Origin: the human T2T-CHM13v2.0 reference genome, Homo sapiens | Assembly (NCBI RefSeq): GCF_009914755.1 | Contig: NC_060925.1 | DNA: 64,000 nt | Reading direction: 5' to 3' (one strand) | Part shown: positions 50,036-64,000 of the stretch, piece after piece | Layout: every line of letters begins with the position of its first letter | How positions within the stretch are numbered: position 1 is the stretch's first letter | Notes under the pieces: generated by a model | What the model was told of the DNA's origin: nothing | Seen by the model: the letters and a program-made list of their open reading frames with translations, nothing else | Databases searched by the model: none | Made by a program: the position numbers and the translations under genes

Positions 50036-50280
50036 GAGAACTCTAGCTTTCATAAGACACATAGTGTTGAATATGAAATGATATTCATTTAATGCCAATT
50101 TTATTGACATCCATTAACTTTATTAAATGCCAAGTGTAGTTTGACATAGCCAGTTACACTTGTGTTAATAAAAACAGCAATTACAACAACGCAACTGTTC
50201 CACGGAGCAGATTTTAGGATCTGGAACCAGTAGCCAGTAAAGCTCTTTGAAGGAAGATGATGGTTCCTATCTCCCTCAAC

Positions 50281-51015
50281 TGAAACCACCTTTGCAAAAT
50301 TATGACAGTGAGAAAAATCTGACATAGTTGACTCCATGTTGCTTCTTACTCCCAAGCTGTTCATGGTTATTCCTGGACATGGACCAAGCTGACTTTGGGA
50401 GTAATTTAGTTTATAGTTTAACCTTAAAGCAAGGATGATGATAGCCCTTCCCAAAGCTAAATCAGTTTTGTAAAACTAATAAAAGTCCGCAAGGTTAATA
50501 TTAGGAGAGGGGCCTGAATTCTTCTAAGATGTAGGTGTAGTTAAATGATAACCAGCCATTGTTCTGGAAGTCACAAGATGTGTAACTTCCCCAGTTACTC
50601 CTGTAGATAACGTCACTATTGTAGAATATACATTGGCCTTTTGAGAGGTCTTTTCAGACTTTTTGCATTTCTGATGACCAGCTGACTCTACCCAGGCCAA
50701 GGATTCATGATTCAATCATTCCTGTGGCTCCCACCCGGAGGCTGAGTCAGCCAGTGTGGACTGTTTTCCACACCTCTATGATTTCATTCCCAGCCACACA
50801 ACATTCCCCATTCCCTAGCCTTGACCACCAAAATATCCTTGAGAAACCCTAACCTCCTGAGCCTTCTGTGAGAAATTGATTCAAGTAAATAACTGTCTCC
50901 CAAGTGGTATTGCTGGCCTTGCCTCAATTATACTCTTTCTTCACTGCAGTGCCATGGTCTCAGTGAACTGGTTTTGTCTTTGCAGTGGGCAGGAAGATCC
51001 CACTGGACGATTACA
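50281..51015 (+). mobile_element. LTR8-family (LTR8A/B-like, ERV1) solo LTR
   Basis: Starts tgaaaccacctttgcaaaattatgacagtgaga, ends gacgattaca; 4-bp TSD caac at 50277-50280 and 51016-51019. Confidence 0.88.
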
Positions 51016-52094
51016 CAACTTGGATGTCACAGCCACTCAGGGACTGCCATAGGTGGGTGACTCATTTCAGTTTCTGAGGTCACCCATTTAGTGGCAATGA
51101 AATCATTTCTGCTTTTCCTTCCTGTGAATCCACTACTCCCACTGCTGGAATATTAATTCAAGTGGAGCTACAAGATGCAAAGATCATAGAGCAGGCTTAA
51201 AGCTGATCCATGCCATTCTTTTAAAAAGGTTGGAAAGTGAATTTGTAACTTTGGCAACAGAAAGGTATTTTTCAATCACAATTTACAGAATTGTCTTGGT
51301 TGTATTGTTGTCCTTTGGTAAGTTAAAGCATGTTGTGCTAAAATATTACTCCCCAAGGACTAAGAATTGCCTCAATACATTCTGTTTTATGCCTATTGCA
51401 CGTACTCGCGTGGGAACTTTATAAATATTATTCTAATTAGAGAGCCTTGAATATCTATTGCTCTAGGAGACTCAGGATCCTTTATTAATTCATGATGTGG
51501 TTCAAGCTAGCTGTGAAGTTATGGGAGTGTGAATAAGTATCATCAACTCCAGATGTCTTATGTAATACAGACCACAGTGATGAATGAGACCTTCCTGCAG
51601 TCATGCCAAACAATCTGTTGAGAGATGTTGATTTAATAACTTTCTTAAGGAAAGCACAGTGCAAGCTACCGGCCGGGGGAGAGGGAGAAGAATTAGTTGC
51701 AGATCCTACCCCAGAGAAATACAAACTAGTGCAACAGAGAAGTGTGCTTCTGTGTTTAAAATGGCACCGATTATTTTCCCCCAAGCACTATGTTAAATGT
51801 GAGGACTTTAGTAAACCCATTGTTTGCTTCCTTTTGGATTGTTGAGAGTCCAAAGCAATTAATGCAACTTTTAAGGTATTCTAGGCAAATGTTTTACCTA
51901 ATGAGAAAAAACAACAACACATTTGTATTTGCACATTTATTGAGGAGAAAGCAATTGAACTCTAGTAAGTTTTTTTTTTTTTTTCCTCAGAGTACTGAAT
52001 ATTTTGTCTTTAATTCCTAAGTCACAATAACCTGGAGAATGTTAATTAGTTCATTTGGTTCTTCTATAAATATTTTCTTTTTAAGAGGTACAAT

Positions 52095-52375
52095 GGCCTG
52101 GTGCGGTGGCTCACACCTGTAATCCCAGCACTTTGGGTGGCCGAGGCGGGTAGATCACGAGGTCAGGAGTTCAAGACCAGCCTGACCAATACGGTAAAAC
52201 CCTGTCTCTACTAAAAATACAAAAATTAGCCGGCGTGGTGGCACGTGCCTGTAGTCCCAGCTACTCAGGAAGCTGAGGCAGAAGAATTGCTTGAACCTGG
52301 GGTTGCAGTGAGCCAAGTTTGCGCCACTGCACTCCAGCCTGGGTGACAGAGTGAGACTCCGTCAAAAAAAAAAAA
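52095..52375 (+). mobile_element. Alu (AluSg-like) with a short right-arm deletion
   Basis: Alu with gaacctggggttgcag (aggcgga segment missing). Confidence 0.93.
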
Positions 52376-54363
52376 GTATAATGTTTGAGGCACACAACAC
52401 TCTGGTTCAAGGTAGAAATTCTACATACACACACATATTAACAAAAGGAAACATGACGATGGGGTCCTTGATGGACAACAATATCAGTTGGGTATGCTAC
52501 CATAAGCCAGTTTTCCAGTTTGTTCTGTTTAATTATTGCTCTATTAAAAACCCATTCTATTTTAGTTCAGTGAAGACGGTAAAAAATGGAAAATTTTATT
52601 TTGAACCCTTGAAAGAGCATTGGTTCTCTCACAATTACTACTGATGGAAAGAACGGAATGGCACTCATAACTTGTGACAGATAATGTGAAATACAGGGTA
52701 ACATTAGCGGGCTTCCTCATATAAGTTCACACCAGACATCTTACTATTGTGGAAATGATATTTTCAGACTTTTAGTGCTAGGAATTCCATTAAACTAACC
52801 TAAAGATGCTTAGAGGATGCATACATATTAATAAAACTCATAAACAACAAAACATGTATAAAATTCCCTAAATTACCATGAGAAATACAACTTCCATGCA
52901 ACTGGTTAACTGTTTGTTTCTCATTCTCTCAGTTAGCAAATACATCCTTTTAAGATATCAAATAACCATTAATTGCTTGATAGCATCGAATATTCTGAAT
53001 GGACAGTCTCATCATGCATGCATATTCAGGTCGGGATAGTTATACTGAAGTCCTGTATCTGTTCATCAAAATCTTCACCTAGTCATCTAGAGATACACTG
53101 ACAGATATTTACTGTCAATCCTCCTAAAGATTTGCTTCATGCATACTTGCTCACCCTTCAGTTACTGTCATAATACTTAAAATGATGAACCGCAAATCAG
53201 TTTGTTGAGGGAGGCACTGAAGTAGAGTGTTTAACACAGACCACCATTTACCGATTAAGTGACCTTGGGCCCATTACATAACTGCTCTTGACACTAACTC
53301 ATTCATCTGCTTACTTAATAAGCATTTACTAAGTGGACTAGGTTCTAAGTACTGTAGGAGGCACTTGATGAGGTGGTGGGAGTGAGAAGATTCTAAGATG
53401 TTCTTCCTTTATGGAGAACACACTGTCATTGAGGAACAAGTGTCAAATACAAGTTATGTATAGTAGAACGTACTAAATGCAATCATAGCTCAACACAGGC
53501 AAATTTCTAAAAAAATTATACCCATCATCTTTGACTTGCACCTTCAGCACTTCCAAAATCTCAGCTAAAAACATTCATGAAATATCTCCTCAATTGTGTT
53601 TTCTCTTTAAGATAAATATAATGCATTATGTATTCCCTGAGTATCATATCCAGAAATATATGATGTTAATTTGTCCTTATTGATGACATTAATTTTAATC
53701 ACTAGGTGATGTGTTGTTTTCTCCATTTAATAGTTACTCTTTCTTCCTCAAAAAATCATCCTTACTTGGTATTCTCAAATACCAAATGCTAAATATCCTT
53801 TACTAACTGCATCAGTTATCTATTCAATAACAGCTGGCAGCTATGCAAGAGCGAGAAAGACCAATCATGCAGACTATCTTCAAACCTCTACTTCAATCAT
53901 GTTTGCTGATGTTTCATTGACTAAGGCTAGTTCCAGCCTGGGTGCAGAGTCAGTTTGGGAATGTACTACAAAAATGTATGACAGAAGGAAGGAATATAGG
54001 GAGGGTAAAGAATTGTGGCCGTTAATGCAATCAATCTACCACATGTAAAATTAACTAACACCGAATTTATGTCGGCACTAAGGACATTTCTCATGTAAAT
54101 ATTCTAAGAAAAAATGAACTAGTGTATTCACACTCTATAATTGTGGCCTACAATATAATACAGTACAATATAAAATACACTACGTAGGAATGGGTACAGT
54201 GTTTTATGTCAACTCTCTGGGTTGTGAACTCATTTTACTGTTGTTTATTAAGTTTTTAAAGCTCTAGAAGGCATGATTCTGGTATGATGTTGACTACCAT
54301 GATGGAACAAATATAAATTATATCTTTCAAACTACGTTTGTTCTCAGAAATGTCCACTGACAA

Positions 54364-54694
54364 TGAGACAGCAAGGTGGGAGGAGATCCCTGGAGAAACT
54401 CCAACCAGCCTGCCCACTGGGGTGGAGCCTCAGTAGGTTCACACGTTTGCGTTTGCAGTGAGGAGAAGCCTGGCTCCTCCTCTTCCTGTGTGGAACCTGG
54501 GATTCTAATGGCTGGCGGGAAGCTCTCTGACAGGTACTCTGGCTTAATGAGAGTCCCTGTTTCCCCCTTTTCTTCCTTTTCACCCAATAAAACCATGTCT
54601 TACTCACCATTCAAATGGTCCGTGAGCCTGAAGTTTCGTGACCGTGGGAGAAAGAACCCTGTCTTTAGCTGAACTAAGGAAAAGTCCTGTAACA
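54364..54694 (+). mobile_element. MER61-family (ERV1) solo LTR
   Basis: tgagacagcaaggtggga...ccctggagaaactccaaccagcctgcccactgg...aataaa...ttagctgaactaaggaaaagtcctgtaaca; 4-bp TSD acaa. Confidence 0.82.
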
Positions 54695-55584
54695 ACAAGT
54701 TTGCCACAACTGAGGATCTATAAAAAACAGCTTTAAGAACGTAACAGACTGTGGTAGATCAATTCCTACAAAATATGATTGTTACAAATTCCACAAAATA
54801 CCCCATTTTTTTTTTCCCACAGTGTCCCTTTTAGTAACCATGGTCTTTTACTATGTTGTCTCATAGTAAATTACAAGAAGACATTTAGATAATAACAACT
54901 TTGCATATATTATCTTGTGTAGCATACAAAATGTATATATATATATATCCTTGTGTAAAGTCCAGGTATGAGACATGCAACTGATTTCCTCAAAATGTTT
55001 TAAAAATGTTTCATTAAAGGCCAAGGTTTAGACAGCTTACAAATGCCTCCTTTACTGTAATAGAACATTTTATTCTTGCCTTACCATTCATTTAACAAAG
55101 CAATAGGGATGACCCAAATCGCTGATACTGGAGCCCTCAGTGTAACAGCAAAGCTTCACAAAAGCCCTGGGAATATGAAGATTTGATGAGAACAGATGGA
55201 AATCGACCTGCTGCCCATGGACATTCGCTCCCTACATTCCTCTCCAAACAAACTAAGTTGGTCTTTACAACCAAAAAATGTGAGACTCTCTCCAGCCATT
55301 ATCTCTTTGCCTTGAGGGTTTAAAGGCATAATCCTAACCAGGGTAGTTGCCTAAAGGAGTTAACAACAGTGTAGCAGAGGTGGTTTTGGCTCTTTCCCCT
55401 GGGATGCGTTCCTTTCCTTCTATTTAGATGGGCTTTCCGCAATATATAATACCAGATAGAATAGCTATAGCTCTAAGGATCATAGGCTGATAGGCCAAAA
55501 TAATCACAATATTAAAGAAAAGTACTATATACGTCAGAATAGAATAGGTTTTGCTGTGTTAAAAAAAAACATAAAAATCCCAAA

Positions 55585-56545
<961 letters not shown>

Positions 56546-56881
56546 AAAAATCTTAGGCAAAAACAATAAAATAAAGACTATACTAACTTCCAGATTTTCT
56601 TCATTGCTTTGATCAAAATATGTTTTCATGTATTTGTGAATTTCTGCTCCTCTCTTGTGTGCTTGGCAGGCTTTCAGGTACTAGAGACACAGCAGGGAGT
56701 AGAACAAGGACTCCCCATGGCATTTAATTCTAGTCCAGCAAACAAAGAAAAACTGAACAAAGAAATGGGCACAAAGTTTACTCTTAGTAATGTGTGCTAG
56801 GAGGGAAACATTTTTACTGATCTGTGTTTCTCTGCCTAATTGTTCCTTAAGTTGTTGTTTCATTAATTAGAAAACATTGAG

Positions 56882-57234
<353 letters not shown>

Positions 57235-57854
57235 TTATAAAGCTGGACTCATTCATTAGGAAGCACATGGAAATGGGTGTATGCACGCATGTACACACAC
57301 ACACACTCGTGGGACTTTTTCAACATTTCTTTTAAAACGTACATGATTTCACTTATTTTGTATTTCATCTCAAACTCTTCAGGAAGCTAGTCTCAGCCAA
57401 CTAGACACTAAGGAAGCAAGCCATCCATCTGCAGTAATGAGGAAAATCATTAGATAATTCATGCTATTGTATGTTCCTACACATCAATCTTCTCTGAAAA
57501 GCCATTAAGATTTAATCCAAAAATTTATTCTCAAAGGAAGGTAATAGGACTTCAGAGCACAGAAAATAACTAAGTTAACAATAAGAAAATATATCATTTC
57601 TAAAATACAGGGCTTTGTTGATCTGACATTTAAATCTCCCTTTTAACCACCAGTACAGAAATGTGTTCTAAGGGCTGAAATGCACACTGCACTAAACCAC
57701 TGGATTTGGAAACGCCAATAGATATCATTGGACTTTTACAATTTAATTTCTAAATTGAACTATTTTCTATCCCTTTTCTTCATATATTTCTCCATTCTTT
57801 TGTTTCCTTTTTATTTTGGTGCCTATCCCTAGTTATGAGAAGCAATCACTAGTA

Positions 57855-58065
57855 GATATGTATATGCTTTTGACATGTATATGTATAGTAATAACTACAT
57901 ATATAGTGTGTATATAGTGTTTATGTCATATATATGTTTATATATATCTATATAGATAGCTATATATGTGTCTGTATATATGGCTCAGGCCAATATATAA
58001 ATACGTATGTGTGTGTCTATATATATATATGTGTGTGTGTGTGTATATATATATGTATATATATA
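57855..58065. repeat. (TA)n/(TG)n low-complexity tract
   Basis: Direct observation. Confidence 0.85.
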
Positions 58066-58741
58066 AAACTATCTTCCAGCAAACTGTTTCCAAAATTATA
58101 CCTTAAAGGACACTTAGTCAAAGGAAAATCTCCAACACCTCTTTCCTTTCATCTCTTCTGAACAACAAAAGGTGTAATTTTTTTGAGCAGATCAATAGTT
58201 GTTTTTAGGTTGTTTTTGGAAAATGAGTCTAATCTGAGGAACCCTTGTTCAATCTACTTTTGTTGTTCATTTTCATTAATTTTTAAACTCAAGCTATTTA
58301 TGCAACACTTATGGAGGAGAAAACAGTTGAAGAATAATCTCAGAAACTGACAGGACATGATGAAATGCGTTGTCAATCCTTTTGGTATGTTTTTTTCCTT
58401 TTGTAGTCAAATTTCCATGTGCCTTTTCTAAGAAGAAAGAAGTAATAAGAAACAACTGTCATTTCTAATTCCTTATAGTGAAAAAATGATCTGCCATAGG
58501 ATATTAATTTCTCACAATAGGCTTCAATAATTTTGACCCAGAATGGAGCGCAGGATCACCACCCAGAAACTTAAGAGTAAATAAACACCAGGTAGGCATT
58601 TATAACTGCCAAAGCTCACGTGAGGATGAAATGACACAGCACACGGCCAGGCATTAGAAGGTCCTGTTAAAAGCAGAACAAATAACTATCTGTTGGCTCT
58701 AGCACAGCTATCTGTCCTAATTAGATGTCCTACTGTCCTTG

Positions 58742-59102
58742 TAATATGGGTTGGCTGTGTCCCCACCCCAATCTCATCTTGAACTGTAGCGCCCATAATT
58801 CCCATGTGTTGTGGGAGGGACCTGGTGGGAAATAACTGAATCATGGGGCCGGTTTCACTTATACTGTTTTCTTGGTAGTGAGTAAGTCTCCCAAGATCTG
58901 ATGGTTTTATAAGGGGAAACCCTTTTGGCTTGGCTCTCATTCTCTCTCTTGCCTGCTGTGATGTGAGGCCTGCCTTTTGCCTTCCGCCGTGATGGTGAGG
59001 GCCCCCAGCCACATGGAACTGAGTCTATTAAACTTCTTTTTCTTTATAAATTACCCAGTCTTGATTATGTCTTTATCAACAGTGTAAAAATGAATTAATA
59101 CA
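58742..59102 (+). mobile_element. THE1 (THE1B-like) MaLR solo LTR
   Basis: ggctgtgtccccaccccaatctcatcttgaactgtag...gatctgatggttttataagggg...taataca; 5-bp TSD ccttg. Confidence 0.92.
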
Positions 59103-60972
59103 CCTTGCCATGCCTTCAATTTTGTTTTTAATAAAGATCATTCTATTTTATCTTTCATATCCAAGCTCCTATTCTGATCATTTTAGTATAGGGAAGAGGC
59201 AGCTTGGGGGTCTGGAAGAGAATCCCAGGATTATTAAGGCTTAGATTTGGCAGTAATTAACAAAACTAGGAGAAAACCTGTATTCTTGTTTTAGTCCCGA
59301 TTTGATATCATATCTTCCTTTCAGTGTCATATTTCCCTCCTTCTCTCTCTTTCTTTTCTTCCATTCCTCAATGAACGCCTGCTATTCTACTGTTCCCTTT
59401 GCTTTCCTTCTATTACCTAAAGTCTCATATCAATGCCCACACTCCATTCACTTTGCTTTGAAATTATTCCTTCTTCCACTCTACTACTGCATGGAAAGAA
59501 GAAATAATTCAATAAATCATTGATGGCAAAGTATTTGACTAAATAACATTTCATGAAAATAGGCTTTTAGTCACAATTTTTAGTTTAATGTAAGGAGTAG
59601 ATTTGCAAGAATAAGCTTTGAGAAACACTTATGTATTTAAAGAGTTATTTCCCAAAATATCTCATGATGTAAGCAAAATATTTTGAAGCATGAGGACTTT
59701 TTCATACACTTAAGTCAGAAATATTGGAAGGGAGTTCCTTCTACTATAAGGAAATTTGGTCTAGTCTAGGACCATAAATGATCTTACATTTATTGGGCAT
59801 TAAATACAAGACAACATGCACACATCATTTCTTTGAATTTAAAAAAAGATAAAGTAAGAATGTCAGTTTATCTTCCGCAGGTGTATACCCAAAATAATAA
59901 TTTCCTTATTTAAAAAAAATCAGCTTCTTTCTGATTTTCATCCTTCATCTGTAGCTGATGATTCTGTGTTGAAGGGAAATTCAGTCTCAGTCATATTGTC
60001 ATCTTCGCTACACTCTGTCCCTGAATAGTTGGTTTTCACTAAGTTCCCAGGGTATTACTCAAACCCATAGCACTGGCTGCCAGAGAAGCCATGTTATGTT
60101 GTCTAAGGCTACTTAACCCCACCACAGCTTGAAATTCTCTGCTTGAAAGCCACCCATAGGAAAGAGAACTCTTTGATGGGATTGACAGCATCTGTACCAG
60201 GTTACAGCCTCCCTAAGGGTGTCACACAGGCATTCTTGTTGAGGGGTTGCCACCTCACTACTGGGATTAGGATGGGGAAGAGGGTGGCCAGATGCTGGGG
60301 GAAATTTGCTGATCTGTTTCCCTTGTTCCCACGCGAGTTTCATTCAGGGAAGGTCACCTTCCTGCCTCTGACTTTACAACATCACTATCGCTCCTAATCT
60401 ACCTCCAGAATAACCAACAAAAAGTCTTTGACAGCATTAGGCCCTTCTAAAATGCAGGCAGAGCCACTGACCTCAAGTTGATTCTTCTTTATACCTTGGC
60501 TAAATCATAGGAACAACAAATTATAAAAACTCACTGCTTGCTTGAAATGGAAGAGAGGCCATGGAGAAAAATAACGTTTTACCTGTATAACACAAGATTT
60601 GTACAAGATAACATAAGAGACTGACGGTGTCTTCCTAGCTTCACTTGGTGCCAGAAATAAACATCTGGAAAGTGCAGGGAACACTCAAAAAAATCATCTT
60701 GCTCTCCATATTGTGTTGGTGCATAATACAAAGTAGAATTCAATACTGTGGATGGCTCTTTTTCTTGCCATATTCTGCCCTCTTGCTTCTCTGATGTGCA
60801 CCCAGTATAAGAGCTTACAGTTTCTCTTTGTTGCTGTTCCTTCATGGTTTCTGTTGCTGGTTTTCATTTTACTTGATCTCTATATGTCACAGCTCCTCAA
60901 GGCTCAATCTTTACCCCATGCTGTTCTCTGTATTGTAATATCATCAATCCTATGATTTTAAATATGATATAT

Positions 60973-61325
60973 AGTCACGTACCATATAACAATCTTTCAG
61001 CCAGTGATGGACCCCCTATACAATGGTGGTCCCATAAGATTATAATATCATTTTTTACTGTACCTTTTTATGTTTAGATACACAAACACTTACCATTGTG
61101 TTATACTTGCCTGCGGTATTCAGAACAGTAACATGCTGTACAGGCTTGTAACCTACAAGCAACAGGCTGTACCATGTAGCCTAGGTGTGCAGTAGCCTAT
61201 ACTGTCTAGGATTATGTAAGTACATTCTATAATGTTCACACAATGAACATTATAGGAACATATAGGAAGTTGCCTAATGATGCATTTCTCAGAACATATC
61301 CCTGTCATTATGTAAAGCATGACCT
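60973..61325 (+). mobile_element. Tigger3a/MER7A-like DNA transposon inserted in L2-like sequence
   Basis: tggtggtcccataagattata...gcatttctcagaacatatccctgtc; similar to 5158-5537. Confidence 0.85.
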
Positions 61326-62567
61326 TATATTTTCACAATTCCTAATTTTATTTTTCCCTCCAATGCTTTCTCTAAGATTCCAATTAATGAACAATTGTCT
61401 ACTTAAAATGTCCGATATAATTCCTCCAGACGCTTCAGTCTAAATCCTTGAGACGCTTCCCTCCAACACCTTTTCCTCATCATTTTCATAATCTCGTTTG
61501 TCTCTTACTTTTCCTTTCCTCACGCCTTATATCAAATCATTCAATAAATCCTTAATTTGTCTCCCAAAATACATCTCAAATCCATCCATATTTTTGGTCT
61601 CCATGAGGGTTGGAACTTGACTATTTTGCTTACTATTGGGTTCCCATAGCATAGAAGAGTGTCGAATACCTAGTAGTTAATTAACAAATAATTTTTAAAT
61701 GAGTAAATTTAAGCAGCAAATAGTGTTGTGAACTATATTAGAGAAACTCTGCTCCAAAGATTCTCACATTTTTGCTTTCCAGTTAGAGTTTTGCACTGAA
61801 TAAGATTCATCTCAGGTTCTGTAACTTTATCTTTCCCCTTGTAGAAACTAGTGTAGGTGCTTTTAAAAATTCATATATATGTGTATATGGACATATATAA
61901 TTTTCTGTATTATACTGTGTCTCTAGGCATCTATCCATCTTCCAATCTGCCATCTCAATATTACATTGGAAAATAGAAATTTTGTCTGAACTGCAATATT
62001 AAAACTGATATTTCCCTTGAGGAACTAGTAGAATAAATATTTATTCTATTATAAAATATATTTAGGCATTAAATATTTAAAAATTAAAATATTAAAAGAT
62101 CATTCTTTAGATGTCATGGGTTTCCATCTGTTTACTTAATCCGTTAAAAAATGTATCCTTTCTTGTTGAGAGAAGAATGGGGAATAGAATATGTGACACT
62201 GACCTAATTAATAAGTATGTGGGATTAGACTAGGAAGTGGGTTGAATTCGAGTCACTTCAGATTTTTATTCTAAAAATAAACTTTCACTTACAATTGAAC
62301 CAGTTTTCCAGAGATTGAGCATCTTGGAATTGGCCACCTTTCCCTACCCTTCCTGAATGATATCATATTCCTTATATATGCATTATGAATCTTTTCATCA
62401 ATAGGAAATGTAGGAGAAGTGGTATTAATTAAACAACAGCATAAAAATGAAATACAAAAAATAAACTTTGGAAGATTATTTCTACATGTTTGGATAAAAG
62501 ATTTTTTTAATGTATTTTTTTAAGACAGGGTCTTGCTATGTTGCCCTTCAGATTTCCCTTTTCTGTT

Positions 62568-62700
62568 GGAAGGAAGGAAGGAAGGAAGGAAGGAAGGAAG
62601 GAAGGAAAGAAGGAAGGAAGGAAGGAAGGGAGGGTGGGAGGGAGGGAAAAAGAAGAAAGAAAGAAAAGAGAGAGAGAGAAAGAAAGAAAGAAAGAAAAGA
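62568..62700. repeat. (GGAA)n microsatellite continuing into a GA-only tract
   Basis: 10 consecutive GGAA, one AGAA, 4 more GGAA, then GGGA/AAAG/AG runs. Confidence 0.95.
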
Positions 62701-62704
62701 ACAG

Positions 62705-63070
62705 ACGAACTAGGTATTTCCACACAAGAAAATACTACTCAGTGATAAAATGGACTGATATACTCACCAGCATATGTAATAAATGCATCATGCTAAGTGA
62801 AACAAGCAAATAAAAAGTATACATATGTATTCCATGATTTCATTTAAATGACTTTCTGGAAGAGACAAATGCATAGAAGAAGCAGAAAGCAATGCAGTGT
62901 TTTCCAGAGGACAGAACGGGGATAAAGTTGACTAAAAAAGGACATGAGATAATATTTTGGGTGATGGAAATTTTCAATATCTTGATGGTGCATTTGTCAA
63001 AACTCACTGAATTCTACACTCGAAAGCATACATTTTACTGGATGTAACTTATATTTCAGTAAAATATACT
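62705..63070 (+). mobile_element. L1ME-like 3' end fragment
   Basis: catcatgctaagtgaaacaagc...ttttgggtgatggaaattttc...tttgtcaaaactcactgaa. Confidence 0.7.
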
Positions 63071-64000
63071 GGGAAAGTCCATTTGTTAAATCAATCAATC
63101 CTACAATCAGTAAGTTAAGAAATACTGATGTGTCACTCTCAGGTATATGATTGATATTTTGGCAGTAATATTATAGTGAAAAATCAATATGATAAAATGT
63201 GTGACAACATCTCAATTTATATGAATTTCAGATTATGTTACTTTTAATTATCTTCCTACAGTAAAGTATATCTGGTGCAAATATATAAGGGGACAAGAGA
63301 AACTTGGATGGTAAATTGCCCAAATAAGAAAATGGGTTTTTGTGTTGGCTTTAAATCATGGATACACATAGCAGAAAACTCAGTAATGAGGACTTTATCT
63401 AAAAGGCAATCCATAGCTCTGCTAGAGTAATTCTGAGTCCTTCTGTTGCCTGTGCTGGGTAAGAGGGGAAGGTCTATTTCTCATGAGAGAACCTCAATGA
63501 TTAACATGTGAATACAGTGACAGGCAGTCTGGAAAGTACATACATGCATCTATTAAATATATCAAATATTGGTCTCTGTGACCTTCAAGAGATGATATTA
63601 AGAAAAAAAATCCAAAAAAGTTGTAAAAGAAGAGAACACTCTTCGCTCCTGTACACTCCCAGAGCAGTCATGCCGGGAGCTTTGCTTCAAGCAACACACT
63701 TACTCACAAAGCACAGGCAAGTTTAATTGCTCCCCTCAGGCACTAGAGATCTGAAGGCTTCAAATTTCCCTTTCCTATTTAAAATAAAAATCTGAGCATT
63801 TTCTATTTTATAAAATAATGAATAATTAAATGTTGACATTTATCTTCCATTGACCTTTCTGAAGCACCAACAGATAGACACCTCCCTCTGCCTTTCTCAC
63901 TCTCTGGTGTTCCAGGTTTTCCAAACAGTGTTCTTGCTTGGGGTGTTCCGTGAAGTGGACAGGATACAACTGCATACAAATAGCAGTTTTTTAATGCTTT

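Noticed and set aside
62507-62813. K/E/R/G-rich and S/F/L/P-rich ORFs
   Set aside because: Translations of the GGAA/GA microsatellite.

Overview
Primate (human-like) non-coding genomic DNA, intergenic or deep intronic. I find no credible protein-coding exon, pseudogene, tRNA, rRNA or CRISPR array. The listed ORFs I checked map to Alu, L1, LTR or microsatellite sequence, or are short frames with no recognisable homology. Interspersed repeats dominate: about 27 Alu elements (many with visible target-site duplications), old L1M segments, L2 and MIR, DNA transposons (two Tigger3a/MER7A, one MER30) and many solo LTRs (two THE1, MST, MLT1, MLT2A, MLT2B/C, LTR7/HERV-H, LTR8, MER61, LTR16 and a MER4-group LTR). 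Repeat families were recognised from memory of consensus sequences, so subfamily names are provisional. Beyond routine annotation, the window holds three independent local inverted duplications with template-switch signatures (1558-1937, 22903-24254, 49558-49728), a twin-primed (5'-inverted) old L1, several small direct duplications, an ETS-core minisatellite, and a homeodomain-motif-dense unique segment next to an intact LTR7. I cannot demonstrate a new biological system from sequence alone. The best candidate is the 20.8-24.3 kb module of LTR7, putative conserved enhancer and ~200-bp unique-sequence inverted repeat.
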